Of a stretch of 64,000 nt of DNA, positions 25,212-41,794 are shown piece after piece. The notes beneath the pieces are model-generated. The model was not told the DNA's origin, made no database searches, and saw only the letters and a list, made by a program, of their open reading frames with translations. Made by a program: the position numbers and the translations under genes. Numbering within the stretch: the first letter of the stretch is position 1; the number at the start of each line of letters is the position of its first letter. Location: NCBI GenBank assembly GCA_964016885.1, contig OZ024740.1:312108001-312172000 (forward strand), written 5' to 3'. The DNA is from Eledone cirrhosa. Taxonomy: Eukaryota.

Positions 25212-28004
25212 TTACATGTTATTGGTTGGTTGTTTGTTCTATGTGCGTGTGTGTTTTCATTTTGTCCTTAATTGTAAGTTGTGATGTTGCTGTTCCACTC
25301 ATGTTTTCTATTTAATTTTGGTTGTAATTTTTTTATGTTTATTGCCTCTGTGATTTGTCTAAACATTGCGTCTTTTCTGTGTAGATTCTATTTTTATTTC
25401 TATGTTCTCTAATTTAACCTTATGTTCTATTTTAGCATGTTGGTAGAGTACAGAAGATTCTTTACTATCTTGAAGGTCTCGCCAGTGTTCATTTATCCGT
25501 TCCCCTACACTACGAGCTGTCTCACCTATGTACACTATATTTTTGTCTCTACATTGTCCTTCAGTACATCTTATGCTATATACTACATTTCTAGTTTTAC
25601 AGTTAATATGGGGGCTTAATTTACAGGTTATACATTTCTTATCTATACAGGGGGGTCTTTGAAAAGGGTATGTCTTGCTAATAAGTGTTTTTACGGAAGT
25701 ACCTAGTCTTTCTACTATCTTAATATTGAGTTTATGTTTATCTAGGGCCCTTCTAAATTTGTAAGCTAATTCACCTCTAGGGGTTGTATCGATGAACATT
25801 ACACTCTGGTATCTATTGCTATCATAACATGAGTTTATTCTATTAGCCTTATTCTTAGTTCTTTCTATTCTATTCCAAAATTTGCGCCTATACAAGGGGC
25901 AGGTCCCATTTGTGTCATTATTTCCCATTTTTTCCCATTTGGTTCTGGCTCCTCTATACACTCTGATTTTATCTCTCTGATTGTAACCAGAGAACTGCAT
26001 ACGGTGGATGAAGTGTTGTATGTGTCTCTCTAGTTCTTCAGGGTTGCACATGCGGGACACGTTTCTCATCACCTGTACCAAATCCGCAATCAGTATGTTG
26101 ATTTTGGTATGGTCCGAAACAGCTGAGTATCGGTGGATCAGATATTTGGAAGTCATGGGTTTGGCATAATGGGAATGGAGGATTTGTTTTTTGTTATTAA
26201 TGGTATCTAACCAGAGCTCTGTGTCTAGTACAGGTAATCGATGGTTGGGGTGTTTACTTGGGTAGTCTATAGTAACTCTAATACTCTGGTGGCTGGAGTT
26301 AGCTATTTGCTGGATGCTTTCCATTGTGTTTTTCTCTAGTTCCTGACTGTTCTTTAGTGGGGGTGTCTTAACTACGATGTTTATATCATCAACGTAGCAG
26401 GAGTACATTATCAGGGTTAAGGGGTCTTCTAATTGTTCTTTAAGTTTAAGTTTAAGTCTACTGTCCCACCATACCATGAATAGGTTAGCTGTCGCCTGCA
26501 ATGCTAACACCAATGGCTGCTCCTTCCCCTTGGGCATATGTTTTTCCATTAAATTTGAACATATGTTCCTTAAGGGTTAATTTTATGCTGGCCCCCACCG
26601 CATGTGCAATCATTTTCTTTAGTTCATCGTGGTTTTCGGGTGTCCGTATGGCTCTGGTCCACCCGTTCCATTTATCTGTGTGGGTTTTCTTGGCCATTGA
26701 GGTAGGTGGTCTGCCTCTTGCTGGTCTTGTAGGGCACAGGTTGCTAAGGTCATATGTGTCTAGGTAATTATTACTATAGGTAAGTTTAAGTAGGAGTCCC
26801 AGCTCACTGGTATCAATCCCACGGAACTCAACATTGCTTTCACTGATCATTTCTATGCATTTCTCCACAGCAAAATCCACGTCAATAGATGGATACAGGG
26901 ACACAACATCCATACTACCTATTATGCAGTTTGTTAGGTCCCTAGATCGGTTACTCTCGCCGATTCTGCTGAGGAGGTCCTCTGTGCTGTCACATACATC
27001 TGGGGACATTTCAATGATGGGGCGTATGATCAGGGAGAGGAAGTAGGACAGTCTGTAGTTACTAGCAATGTTAGCTCCACAGACTGGCCGTGTTGGTGGT
27101 CCCGTGACAGGGTCATTGCTCGTTTTATGGTCTTTTCGAAGCCCATACAACGCCGGCACGTCATTGTTCCAGGCCTGGAAGTTGTTGGCAGTCCTTTTGT
27201 TGGGCTGCATTATATTCGTCCACATCACCATGTGGGCATTGAGGGCTTTTTCTCTATCCTCATGCTCTTGTGGTGTTACTTCTCTTGTGTTAGTGATGTG
27301 GGGTTGCATTGCTTGGATGTAGTTTGGCAGACTGTCAACCGACATTCTGCCAGACTTGTCTGTTGGAAAGCATGCTATCTCTCCATTACGCAAGCGCTGC
27401 ATGAGCTTACGCAAGCCATTTGCAGATTTTTCTCCCAGTTGCTGGGCCTCCATTCTATTATGCTTCTTGCTATACTGTTCTATAATATTTCAGATCTAGC
27501 TATACTAAATTGTGCTTCTGTTTGTTCATCGACCTGCGAAGGCAATTGCGTGCGTTTGTTAAATGGTAAAGTCGTGGCGTGGACTCGTCGCAGGTCGAAC
27601 GACTTATCGGAGAGATTATAAAAAGAAGAGTTCCAGGCTGCTGCTTTATGTGTACTAGTGCTATTGTTATTGTTAGTTGTGTTGTTTCTATTTCTATTTC
27701 CACCAACAGCCTCATGGTTGTTTCTATGTCTCTCATTATTACTCCTGTCTCTTTCCACTGGCTCATTGTTATTATCTACTCTATTTTGTGTGTCTAAACA
27801 CACACTAGTAAAGATAGAATACATTAACCGATACACAGTCACCCAATCACGAACACACATCAAACAAAACACTATACACTCACGCAAACGCATGCTCAAA
27901 GAAGACAAAATAAAATAAACAAACAAACAAACAAATAAATAAATATATAGACGGACTAAATAAAAATGGCGTAGACATACAATGTAACGGGAGGAAACAA
28001 TAGC

Positions 28005-28046
28005 ACCACTGACGATGTTGCAGATGTACAACGAAAGAACTTTGAT
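28005..28046 (+). ncRNA. Hammerhead ribozyme variant in the diverged inverted pLTR
   Basis: acca-CTGACGA-t-gttg(cagatgta)caac-GAAA-gaac-TT-tgat; stem II sequence differs from family B copies but pairing is kept. Confidence 0.7.
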
Positions 28047-28309
28047 AAACTATATATATGTGTTTGTGTCTATATTGTATCTGTATTATTTTTGATCGTC
28101 GGTCAGTCAATGGCAACATTGAGGACCGAATAAATTAGATTACCAATATAAAAGACACAGAAGCGAAAAGCGAAAACCAACCAAACAGTGAGTGTGTTCT
28201 GTTATTAATTCTGGCAATATTACACAAATATGACCTTCCCCAAGTATAACAATATTTGTTTCGACACACAATTTCATATAAAAAACTTCGCAAAACTAAT
28301 TCATCGCCG

Positions 28310-28310
<1 letters not shown>

Positions 28311-28344
<34 letters not shown>

Positions 28345-28355
28345 CATATATATAC

Positions 28356-28391
<36 letters not shown>

Positions 28392-28687
28392 GCATACATA
28401 TATATATACATACATACATATATATATATACATACATATATATATATACATACATACATATATATATATACATACAGACATATATATATACATACATACA
28501 TACATATATATACATACATACATATATATATACATACATACATATATATATACATACATACATATATACATACATATATATATACATACATAGACATACA
28601 TACATATATATACATACATACATATATATACATACACATATATATATATACATACATACATATATATACATACATACATATATATAC

Positions 28688-28780
<93 letters not shown>

Positions 28781-29079
28781 CATACATACATATATATACA
28801 TATATATATATATACATACATATATATATATACATACATACATATATATATACATATATATATATACATACATATATACATACATATATATATATACATA
28901 CATACATACATATATATACATATATATATATATACATACATATATATATATACATACATACATATATATATACATATATATATATACATACATATATATA
29001 TACATACATATATATATATACATACATATATATATATACATACATATATATATATACATACATATATATATACATATAT
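28311..29079. repeat. Compound TA/TACA microsatellite
   Basis: Alternating purine-pyrimidine array. Confidence 0.97.
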
Positions 29080-29640
29080 GGTGGCTGCCAACTCGTTTTC
29101 GAGTACGGCCACTACTTTATATCAATGTAGGAGAACCCCTACCGATGCGCTGAACGAGTGACTTTTTAGTCCAGCCAGCGACTTGAAAACTCTGGTACAA
29201 ACACTACACTTGTGACAATTATTGACACATAGTGCTTTGCCTTTGGTACCATGTGACGACAAGTGCAGAGAGATCTCCAGATACAAAGCAATGCCTGTGC
29301 CGTGAAGCTTTTATAGTGAGCAAAGGCACTGCACAAAGCCAGTCCCACTCTCTTAACCAAGATGATATTTACCAAAAAGAAGAACAAGTCAACATCATTG
29401 GATACCATCAGGGTTGCAGGTGTTATATCAGAGTTTTCCTTCTCCTAGAATTCTGCCTTGACAAAGGCTAAGGGGTCATCTCTCCCAGTGATTTTGGATG
29501 GCCATTGACTCTTAAGAGCTCCTTTGCCCTTTGACAGGTTTTGTTTTTAGTCCTGCAGGATGTCCAAAGTCACCCTCCTCACCAAGAAACCTTGGTGGGG
29601 TTGCCAGTTTAGTCGCCAACGACCCGACCATGAGACAGGT
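29080..29640 (-). mobile_element. Unclassified non-autonomous element (copy 3, longest)
   Basis: Same sequence as 15083-15495 plus ~150 extra nt (29490-29640); microsatellite on both sides. Confidence 0.75.
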
Positions 29641-35219
<5,579 letters not shown>

Positions 35220-35419
35220 NNNNNNNNNNNNNNNNNNNNNNNNNNNNNNNNNNNNNNNNNNNNNNNNNNNNNNNNNNNNNNNNNNNNNNNNNNNNNNNNN
35301 NNNNNNNNNNNNNNNNNNNNNNNNNNNNNNNNNNNNNNNNNNNNNNNNNNNNNNNNNNNNNNNNNNNNNNNNNNNNNNNNNNNNNNNNNNNNNNNNNNNN
35401 NNNNNNNNNNNNNNNNNNN
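35220..35419. other. Assembly gap (200 N)
   Basis: Run of n. Confidence 1.
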
Positions 35420-35787
35420 TACATCTTTTTTCCATGCTGATATGCATTGGACAGGTTGTTAGGATTGTATTGGTTCATATTTGAAGGTAGTACCTCATAG
35501 AGAGGTTTGAGAAGTATGTGCCTCGCTTATGTTCCAATTTTTGGCATGGTTTCTAAGGCTAGATGCATTTTATCATGGCACCAACACTAGAGAAGTTATT
35601 ATATCCTTGAGAAGACTAAAGAGCACTACCTTTGCTAATAGGGAAAAAATATTAAATGATGATAATGTTGTACTCTATGTTGGCTCTGTATGATAACAAA
35701 TCACTATACAGAGTGTACTGAGTGCAGTTTATCATTCTACCACTATTAAAGAAGTTGTCTTTTCTCTTACAAGACAAAATAGTCATG

Positions 35788-35789
35788 GT

Positions 35790-35855
<66 letters not shown>

Positions 35856-35876
35856 TGCGCGCGCGCGCGCGTGTGT
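35788..35876. repeat. (GT)n(GC)n microsatellite
   Basis: ~30 GT units followed by GC units. Confidence 0.95.
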
Positions 35877-35962
35877 ATTTGTTTCCAGATATGTTTCCTC
35901 TAAAGTAACCAGTGCCATTCGTTTACATCCCACATAAACAATATGTCTCACAAAAAACTCAC

Positions 35963-36003
35963 CATTCCAAAACCCGAAGTTGGTACCACCTTCAAACATG
36001 TAC
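35963..36003 (-). CDS. GLB1: Beta-galactosidase (GH35) exon equivalent to GLB1 exon 9, 41 nt
   Basis: ctctag|G TAC ATG...AAT G|gtgagt; YMFEGGTNFGFWN. Confidence 0.92.
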
Positions 36004-36614
36004 CTAGAGAAATATATGTGAATAATGTTTCAATTAGTTTTAATTATTAGAAAAACAAAAAATGTCCTAATTAAAACTCTCTTATCTTTAGGCTTTGTTT
36101 ATATCATTACTATCATTATTATTGTTGATATTCCTGACAATGTTGCTGAGATTGAAAAATTCAGTTAAGGAGAGATAAACATTATATACTTAATTTGAGA
36201 GAGAATGGAAAAACAAACTCAGTGTGATGTAAAGGGTAATGCAGTCAACTAGTTTGTGACATACCTATACATACATATATAAACAGGAAATTGATGGACT
36301 GGTTAACAGTTTATCATAGAACATAAAAACATAAATGTTGAGTGGTTAGGATACTGAATAACTGACTGATCCATAAATCCAAACCATATAAGTGTAGTAT
36401 TGTAGATCCTCACATTAGATCTATTATTTGCAGCTGTCCAGAGTACTGGAAAACAGCTTTCACTACCATGCCAATTAACCTACTTCACAGTTGAAGAAGT
36501 ATTATTTAGTTGGGCAACCATCTGTTATATATGTATATAACAGCCAGTTTCCCAACCTATACTTGTGTGAAAATGGACGTAAAATGGTGCTGATGATATA
36601 TATATATATATATA

Positions 36615-37511
36615 TTAGGTTGGACAGAAAGTTCTTGCTGTTTTTCAAGTTTTTTATTAACTTTGGTCTTTTTTAACATCAGGAAAATTTTACAAGTCAA
36701 AATAATCGTCATCATTTGCGATTACTGTCTGCCACCATTTATGAATGCACATGATTCCATCCCTGTAGAATTCCTCTGACTTTGATGCAAAGAATTCCGT
36801 CAGCCACTGATTTAACAGGTCTTCATTGGCAAAAATCTTTGACTGCATCGCATTGCTCATTGAGAGAAAAAGGTGATAGCCTGTAAGCACAAAATCAGGC
36901 GAATATGGCGGGTAGGGCAGAACCTCCCAATCTAGCTCCAGCAACTTCTCAAGGATCATACTTGATGTCTGCAATCAAACGTTATCATAAAAGAATTGAA
37001 CAGGACCGTGGTGTAGGTGTACCTGTGTAATTTTCGCCGCCAATCTGTCAAATTGTTGGTAATAGATACCAGAGGTTATGCTGCTGTTTGGTGGAAGTAG
37101 TTCATAGTGGATGACACCTTTCCACCAGCTTATGCAGTTGGTCACTATTTAAGGCAGATGGATGTATTGCACTAGGTCGATCTTGAAAGCTGTAATCACT
37201 GGAACGGAAGCATGAGAACCAATGCCTGGCACTGCATTCAGACATGGTGTATTACCCAAATGCATTGTTAATGTGATGACTCAATGCTGCTGTGCTTAGG
37301 CCAGATTTGAAATCATAAAGTAAACAGCCATGATTAAACAATTTAGATAGATCCATGTTGTTTCCCCTTTGATGGTGTAGCAGAAAATGGGAAATGCACA
37401 TAGTGCATACCAACGTCACTTATATATGTGTGCATGTGCAACCTTCAACATTTCCAGAAAACTCTACAAAAATATCTCCTTTTGAAAAGTGGCAAGAAAT
37501 TTTTGTCCAAC

Positions 37512-37515
<4 letters not shown>
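36615..37515 (-). mobile_element. Defective mariner DNA transposon (Hsmar1/cecropia-like TIRs)
   Basis: TIRs ttaggttggacagaaagttcttgc / gcaagaaatttttgtccaacccaa flanked by TA; transposase C-terminus WEVLPYPPYSPDFVLTGYHLF...WQTVIANDDDYF. Confidence 0.92.
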
Positions 37516-37562
<47 letters not shown>

Positions 37563-37689
37563 AGAAGCAAAAAATTGCTTATTGTGATCCAGTTCTTGGT
37601 TAAGAAAGCCAGTTTCAAGGATGGTTTCAACGTACGGTTAGGGGTAACTCCACAAGTTTGTAAGAATTCCGTTCAATCTTGGAGTATAA

Positions 37690-40283
37690 AGTATAAAAGA
37701 GAAAACACAGGTAAGCATTAAGAGAAGGATTTTATCCAGGTATTTACAACCATTTCATTGGTAAGTGCAACCTTATATTGCTATACTGAAAATAGCAGCC
37801 ACTCAATTATAATTGTTGTTCACAGTCCAGATTTTCAAAATAGTGAGTAAGTTACTCTTGAAATAATTCTTAATATATAGATTAAACTATGTGATTAAAC
37901 TATGGGGTAATGCTACCAAAACAATTAAGTGGTTTAACAATATAGCTAACAAAGAAGTATCTAAATTTATACAATTTGACATTAACGATTATTACTCATC
38001 TATATCCCCCAACACCTTGGATAAAGCCTTAGCATTCGCCAAAGCCAATTCTGACATAACAGACAACGAGATAAAAATCATATTAGCTGCTAGGAAAACA
38101 ATAATTAAATTTGAAAACGCCTATTGGGAATGTAAGGATAGATTAAATAACTTTGACATCACAATGGGGGCTAACGACTCGGCTCAAGTCACAGATTTAG
38201 TAGGTATTTACATAGCCCATAGTTTACAAAGTGAGTTTAGCGACCTTCACGGTTGAATCTACAGAGACGACGCCCTTCTCCTAGTTAAGAACCTAAATAA
38301 CCAGAGCATAGAAAGACTCCGTAAGAATATTAGAAAGACTCTCGGGAAACTAGGCCTTAGCATAACCTATGAGTATAGCACTAAAACAGTTAACTTTCTA
38401 GACGCGACACTTAACCTAAATACGGGACTTATAAGACCTTTTCACAAGATTAATGAAAACTTAGTATACATCAACTGTAACTCAAACCACCCACTATCCA
38501 TAATTAAATCCATTCCACGCAGCATATCCCTTAGGATCTCCCACCTCTCGTCTAACCGACAAATCTTCGAAGAACATTCAGAATACTACAATACCGCATT
38601 AGACAAGGCAGGCCACTTAGATAGAGTAGAATATATAGATGAAAGCCTCCGTGAAGCACACACGAACACACATAACACAAACTCCGGTAACACACGCACA
38701 CACGCATAGAACTGCAAAGTATACGGCAAATAGAAATACAACATCGAAATCAAACAAGTCACGCAGTAGAAAATATATTTGGTATAACCCCATATTTAAC
38801 ACCTCTATTAGTACTAAACTACCCTCTGCCTTCTTTAGAATAATAAATAAGCACTTTCCAGATTCACATAGATACAACAAAATCCTTAACACTAAGTCTA
38901 TTAGACTATCTTACTCCACGGCACCAAATATAGAGGCACACATTAAGATGCTTTAACGCTAAAAAGATACATAACACCACCAAAACACAAATTTACAACA
39001 ATAACAATACAATCACCACCGAACATAACAGAATATCTAATACACAACCACCCGCTAATAGGCAAACAAAACGTAACACACTTGTACAGGCATCGCAGCC
39101 CACCAATAATGCCAAAGTTGCCCATGACAAGAATTGTAACTGCCACCTACCTGAAACCTGTCCATTACATAATGAATGTATGCAGTCTAACCTGGTTTAC
39201 CAATGCACAGTGGAATCAGACAACCAGAAATGGTATTACATCGGAGCGACTGGGAATACATTTAAAGCCCGTTGGTATACACACCGTTACGCAATGAAAC
39301 ATTCCCAGCATCGTTATGTAACTACCCTTGCAAATAAGACCTGGCAACTGAGGGAAAGTAACCATCAATACACCCTGAAGTGGAAAAAATTATCAAACAC
39401 GCCCCCATATCGGAGTGGTATGAGAAGCTGTCGATTATGCGACCTTGAGCTGTTCCACATCTTGAGTTCGAAGAATAAGTTACTCAACAATAAAATCGAA
39501 AGATCAATTTATTGTAACCATAGACTCAAAGAGAAGTTTTCACACTACAAATCGAACCCTTAACCTCTTACTACCAACTGACAAACTGCATATACTTAGA
39601 CTTTATACCCTCTTGTTGTATCTAAACCCTTTTAATTACCCACAAAACCAATACATATATCCCCCTCTTCTCCCTCATTCCTCTTCTATTTCTCCGTTTT
39701 CTTCCTTCCTTCCCTCACCTTCTTGGCTATCTTTTCTTTTCTTCTTTCTCACCCCCTTCTTTGCTTTTATTTTTGTCATTATTATCTTTATCTTTATTTT
39801 TTATATATATATATTTATCTCTTTATATCTCCGCCCTCTCTCTCTCCCTCTCTATCCATCCCTCCCACTATGATCAATTTAATTCTCTTTAACTCACTAC
39901 ATTCCACAACATGAAGTCTGCTATCAAAACTGACCAAGGAATCCTTCCACCTCTACCCCTCCCTCCATCTCAGTTTGTCACTCTACTTCCTACCTCTTCC
40001 CTCTTCCTCTCTCTCTATACTATTCCGTTTGTCCCCTCACCTTCTGATTCCTCTCTCTCTATACTAGTAAATACAATTCCAAATAAATGTTTTTCTCTAT
40101 ATATTAAGAATTATTTCAAGAGTAACTTACTCACTATTTTGAAAATTTGGACTGTGAACAACAGTTATAATTGAGTGGCTGCTATTTGCAGTATAGCAAT
40201 ATAAGGTTGCACTTACCAATGAAACGGTCGTAAATATCTGGATAAAATCCTTCTCTTAATGCTTACCTGTGTTTTCTCTTTTA

Positions 40284-40288
<5 letters not shown>
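37690..40288 (+). mobile_element. 5'-truncated Naiad-like Penelope element with inverted pLTR copy at the 5' end
   Basis: RT FIQFDINDYYSSI, FDITMGANDSAQVTDLVG, IYRDDAL; GIY-YIG CNCHLPETCPL...YYIGATGNTFKARWYTH...CRLCDLE...YCNH; ~190-bp inverted repeat 37690-37880 vs 40097-40288; (TA)n flanks. Confidence 0.92.
40135..40236 (+). ncRNA. Hammerhead ribozyme candidate with U3-A8 core variant and long stem II
   Basis: tatt-TTGAAAA-t-ttgg...ccaa-t-GAAA-cggtcg-TA-aata; inverted copy at ~37741-37843. Confidence 0.55.
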
Positions 40289-40321
<33 letters not shown>

Positions 40322-40375
40322 GTGTAAATACATATACACACTTATACATACATATCTGTGGTTGGATCAGGTCCT

Positions 40376-40860
40376 TAGGTAGAAAGAGAGTGACTTGGTG
40401 ATAGAATAGTAGAATGGATGAGACAATTAAGACCAAAAGAAGGGCATGGAAAGAATGGCAAAATGAGGGAAGTAGAAACCACTACCAGGATGCTAGGAGA
40501 GAAGATAGGCAACAAGTATACTTTGCAAGAAGGGAAGCAATAAATAAAAAATCTGAACATGTTTAGCAACGTGAGCCCCATCAGGGCTCTGTTCTTAACC
40601 CTCTCCCGTTTATTAATGTTCTGCAGGCTTTAATAGTAGACCAAATTATTAGTGGAGGTCGGTGTTCCAAAAGTACAGTAGCCAGAGTAAGAACGGGATG
40701 GAAAAAGTTCAAGGAGCTACTACCATTGCTAACTACAAAAGGTTTTGTAGTTAGCAGCATGTATACAAACAGCAATGTTGCATGGCAGTGAGGCATGAGT
40801 GCTGTGTGCAGAGGACCTGTGAAGATTGAATAGAAATGAAGCTTGCATGCTTCAATAGCG
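40376..40860 (+). mobile_element. Heavily deleted RTE mosaic relic
   Basis: Consecutive short matches to RTE segments (aggagagaagataggcaacaagtatac, catcagggctctgttctta, gtaagaacgggatggaaaaagttc, gcatggcagtgag). Confidence 0.7.
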
Positions 40861-40928
40861 GCGGTGGTGGCAGCAGTGGTCTTGGTGGTGGTGGTGGTGT
40901 ATTGAAAGTTGGTGAATAAATTACTTAC

Positions 40929-41050
40929 ATATTGACATTTGCACCATATCTTAACAGCAAATCAAGACTGTCACAAAATGTTTTAGCATTTACTATATGA
41001 TGCTTCTCACCCCAATGATCAAGCCAACCAGTATAAAATTCTGAATTGAC
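40929..41050 (-). CDS. GLB1: Beta-galactosidase exon equivalent to GLB1 exon 8, 122 nt, contains catalytic nucleophile Glu
   Basis: ttctag|GTC...AAT AT|gtaagt; VNSEFYTGWLDHWGEKHHIVNAKTFCDSLDLLLRYGANVN. Confidence 0.95.
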
Positions 41051-41794
41051 CTAGAAAAACACATTTCATTTTATATTTATTTTCAGTTAAAAGCATTGAC
41101 ACATGACAAATCAATTATGTATTTTTATTTTCTTCAGTTTAAAACCTAAAGTAACACTACCTTAGATATTAAAAAAAGATTTCCCAGCAACTATTTTAAG
41201 AAAAAAGTAATTCACTTATTAGAAATGCCTTTTCTTTAGATTGTTGTTGTTGTTTTTTATTGTTGTGACCATCATGTCTTTTTAGGGCTAACTAGTACTA
41301 TATTACCCAATGCCCTGTTCATTTGTAAATCTAGTAAGGTGTGATTTGAGAAAGGTTTGGCTGCTATTTCTAGCAAGTCTTTCAATCATGTAAAAGCTTG
41401 ATTGGTTGAGCAAGGGGTACCCATAACCATTTTAAACTTTCCTAAAATAAGGAATGGAAAACAAAAAGAAGACTGTATGAGACACAGCCTGTCTGCAACA
41501 TCTATATATTTTAATATGGAATGTGATAGAGATATAGAGAATGCCTGTACAGGGAAAAGAATTGATTACATAAATGCCTATTTTCTATCGGCAATAACTC
41601 TAATACTGTGTTTCTATATTAAATGGTTTCACTAAAATTCTTTAGTCTAAATGTTATATGGTAAAGTTGAGATATTCTAAGGAGTTTTATCATTTTCAGT
41701 ATTGTTTTAATATTTAAATGTCATTTCTCTTTTCTATGATGTCATATAAAGAAAAGTGTGCATATTCAAACATCTACATCACTTTGTGGATCAG

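Larger units (their letters stand above)
24521..28310 (-). mobile_element. Near full-length Penelope-like element (family B), frameshifted, with SINE insertion and inverted, diverged 5' pLTR
   Basis: ORF pieces 26485-27453 (PTDKSGR, LYGLRKDHK, PTRPVCG, GSMDVVSLYPSI, GAAIG) and 25359-26549 (YVDDI, LPVLD, GIY-YIG YIGETAR); pLTR at 24521-25270 interrupted by SINE; opposite-orientation pLTR at ~27800-28310. Confidence 0.92.

Noticed and set aside
38251-38256. In-frame TGA before YRDD in the Naiad-like RT
   Set aside because: Position is normally Gly (GGA>TGA); Cys codons in this element are ordinary TGY and other frameshifts are present
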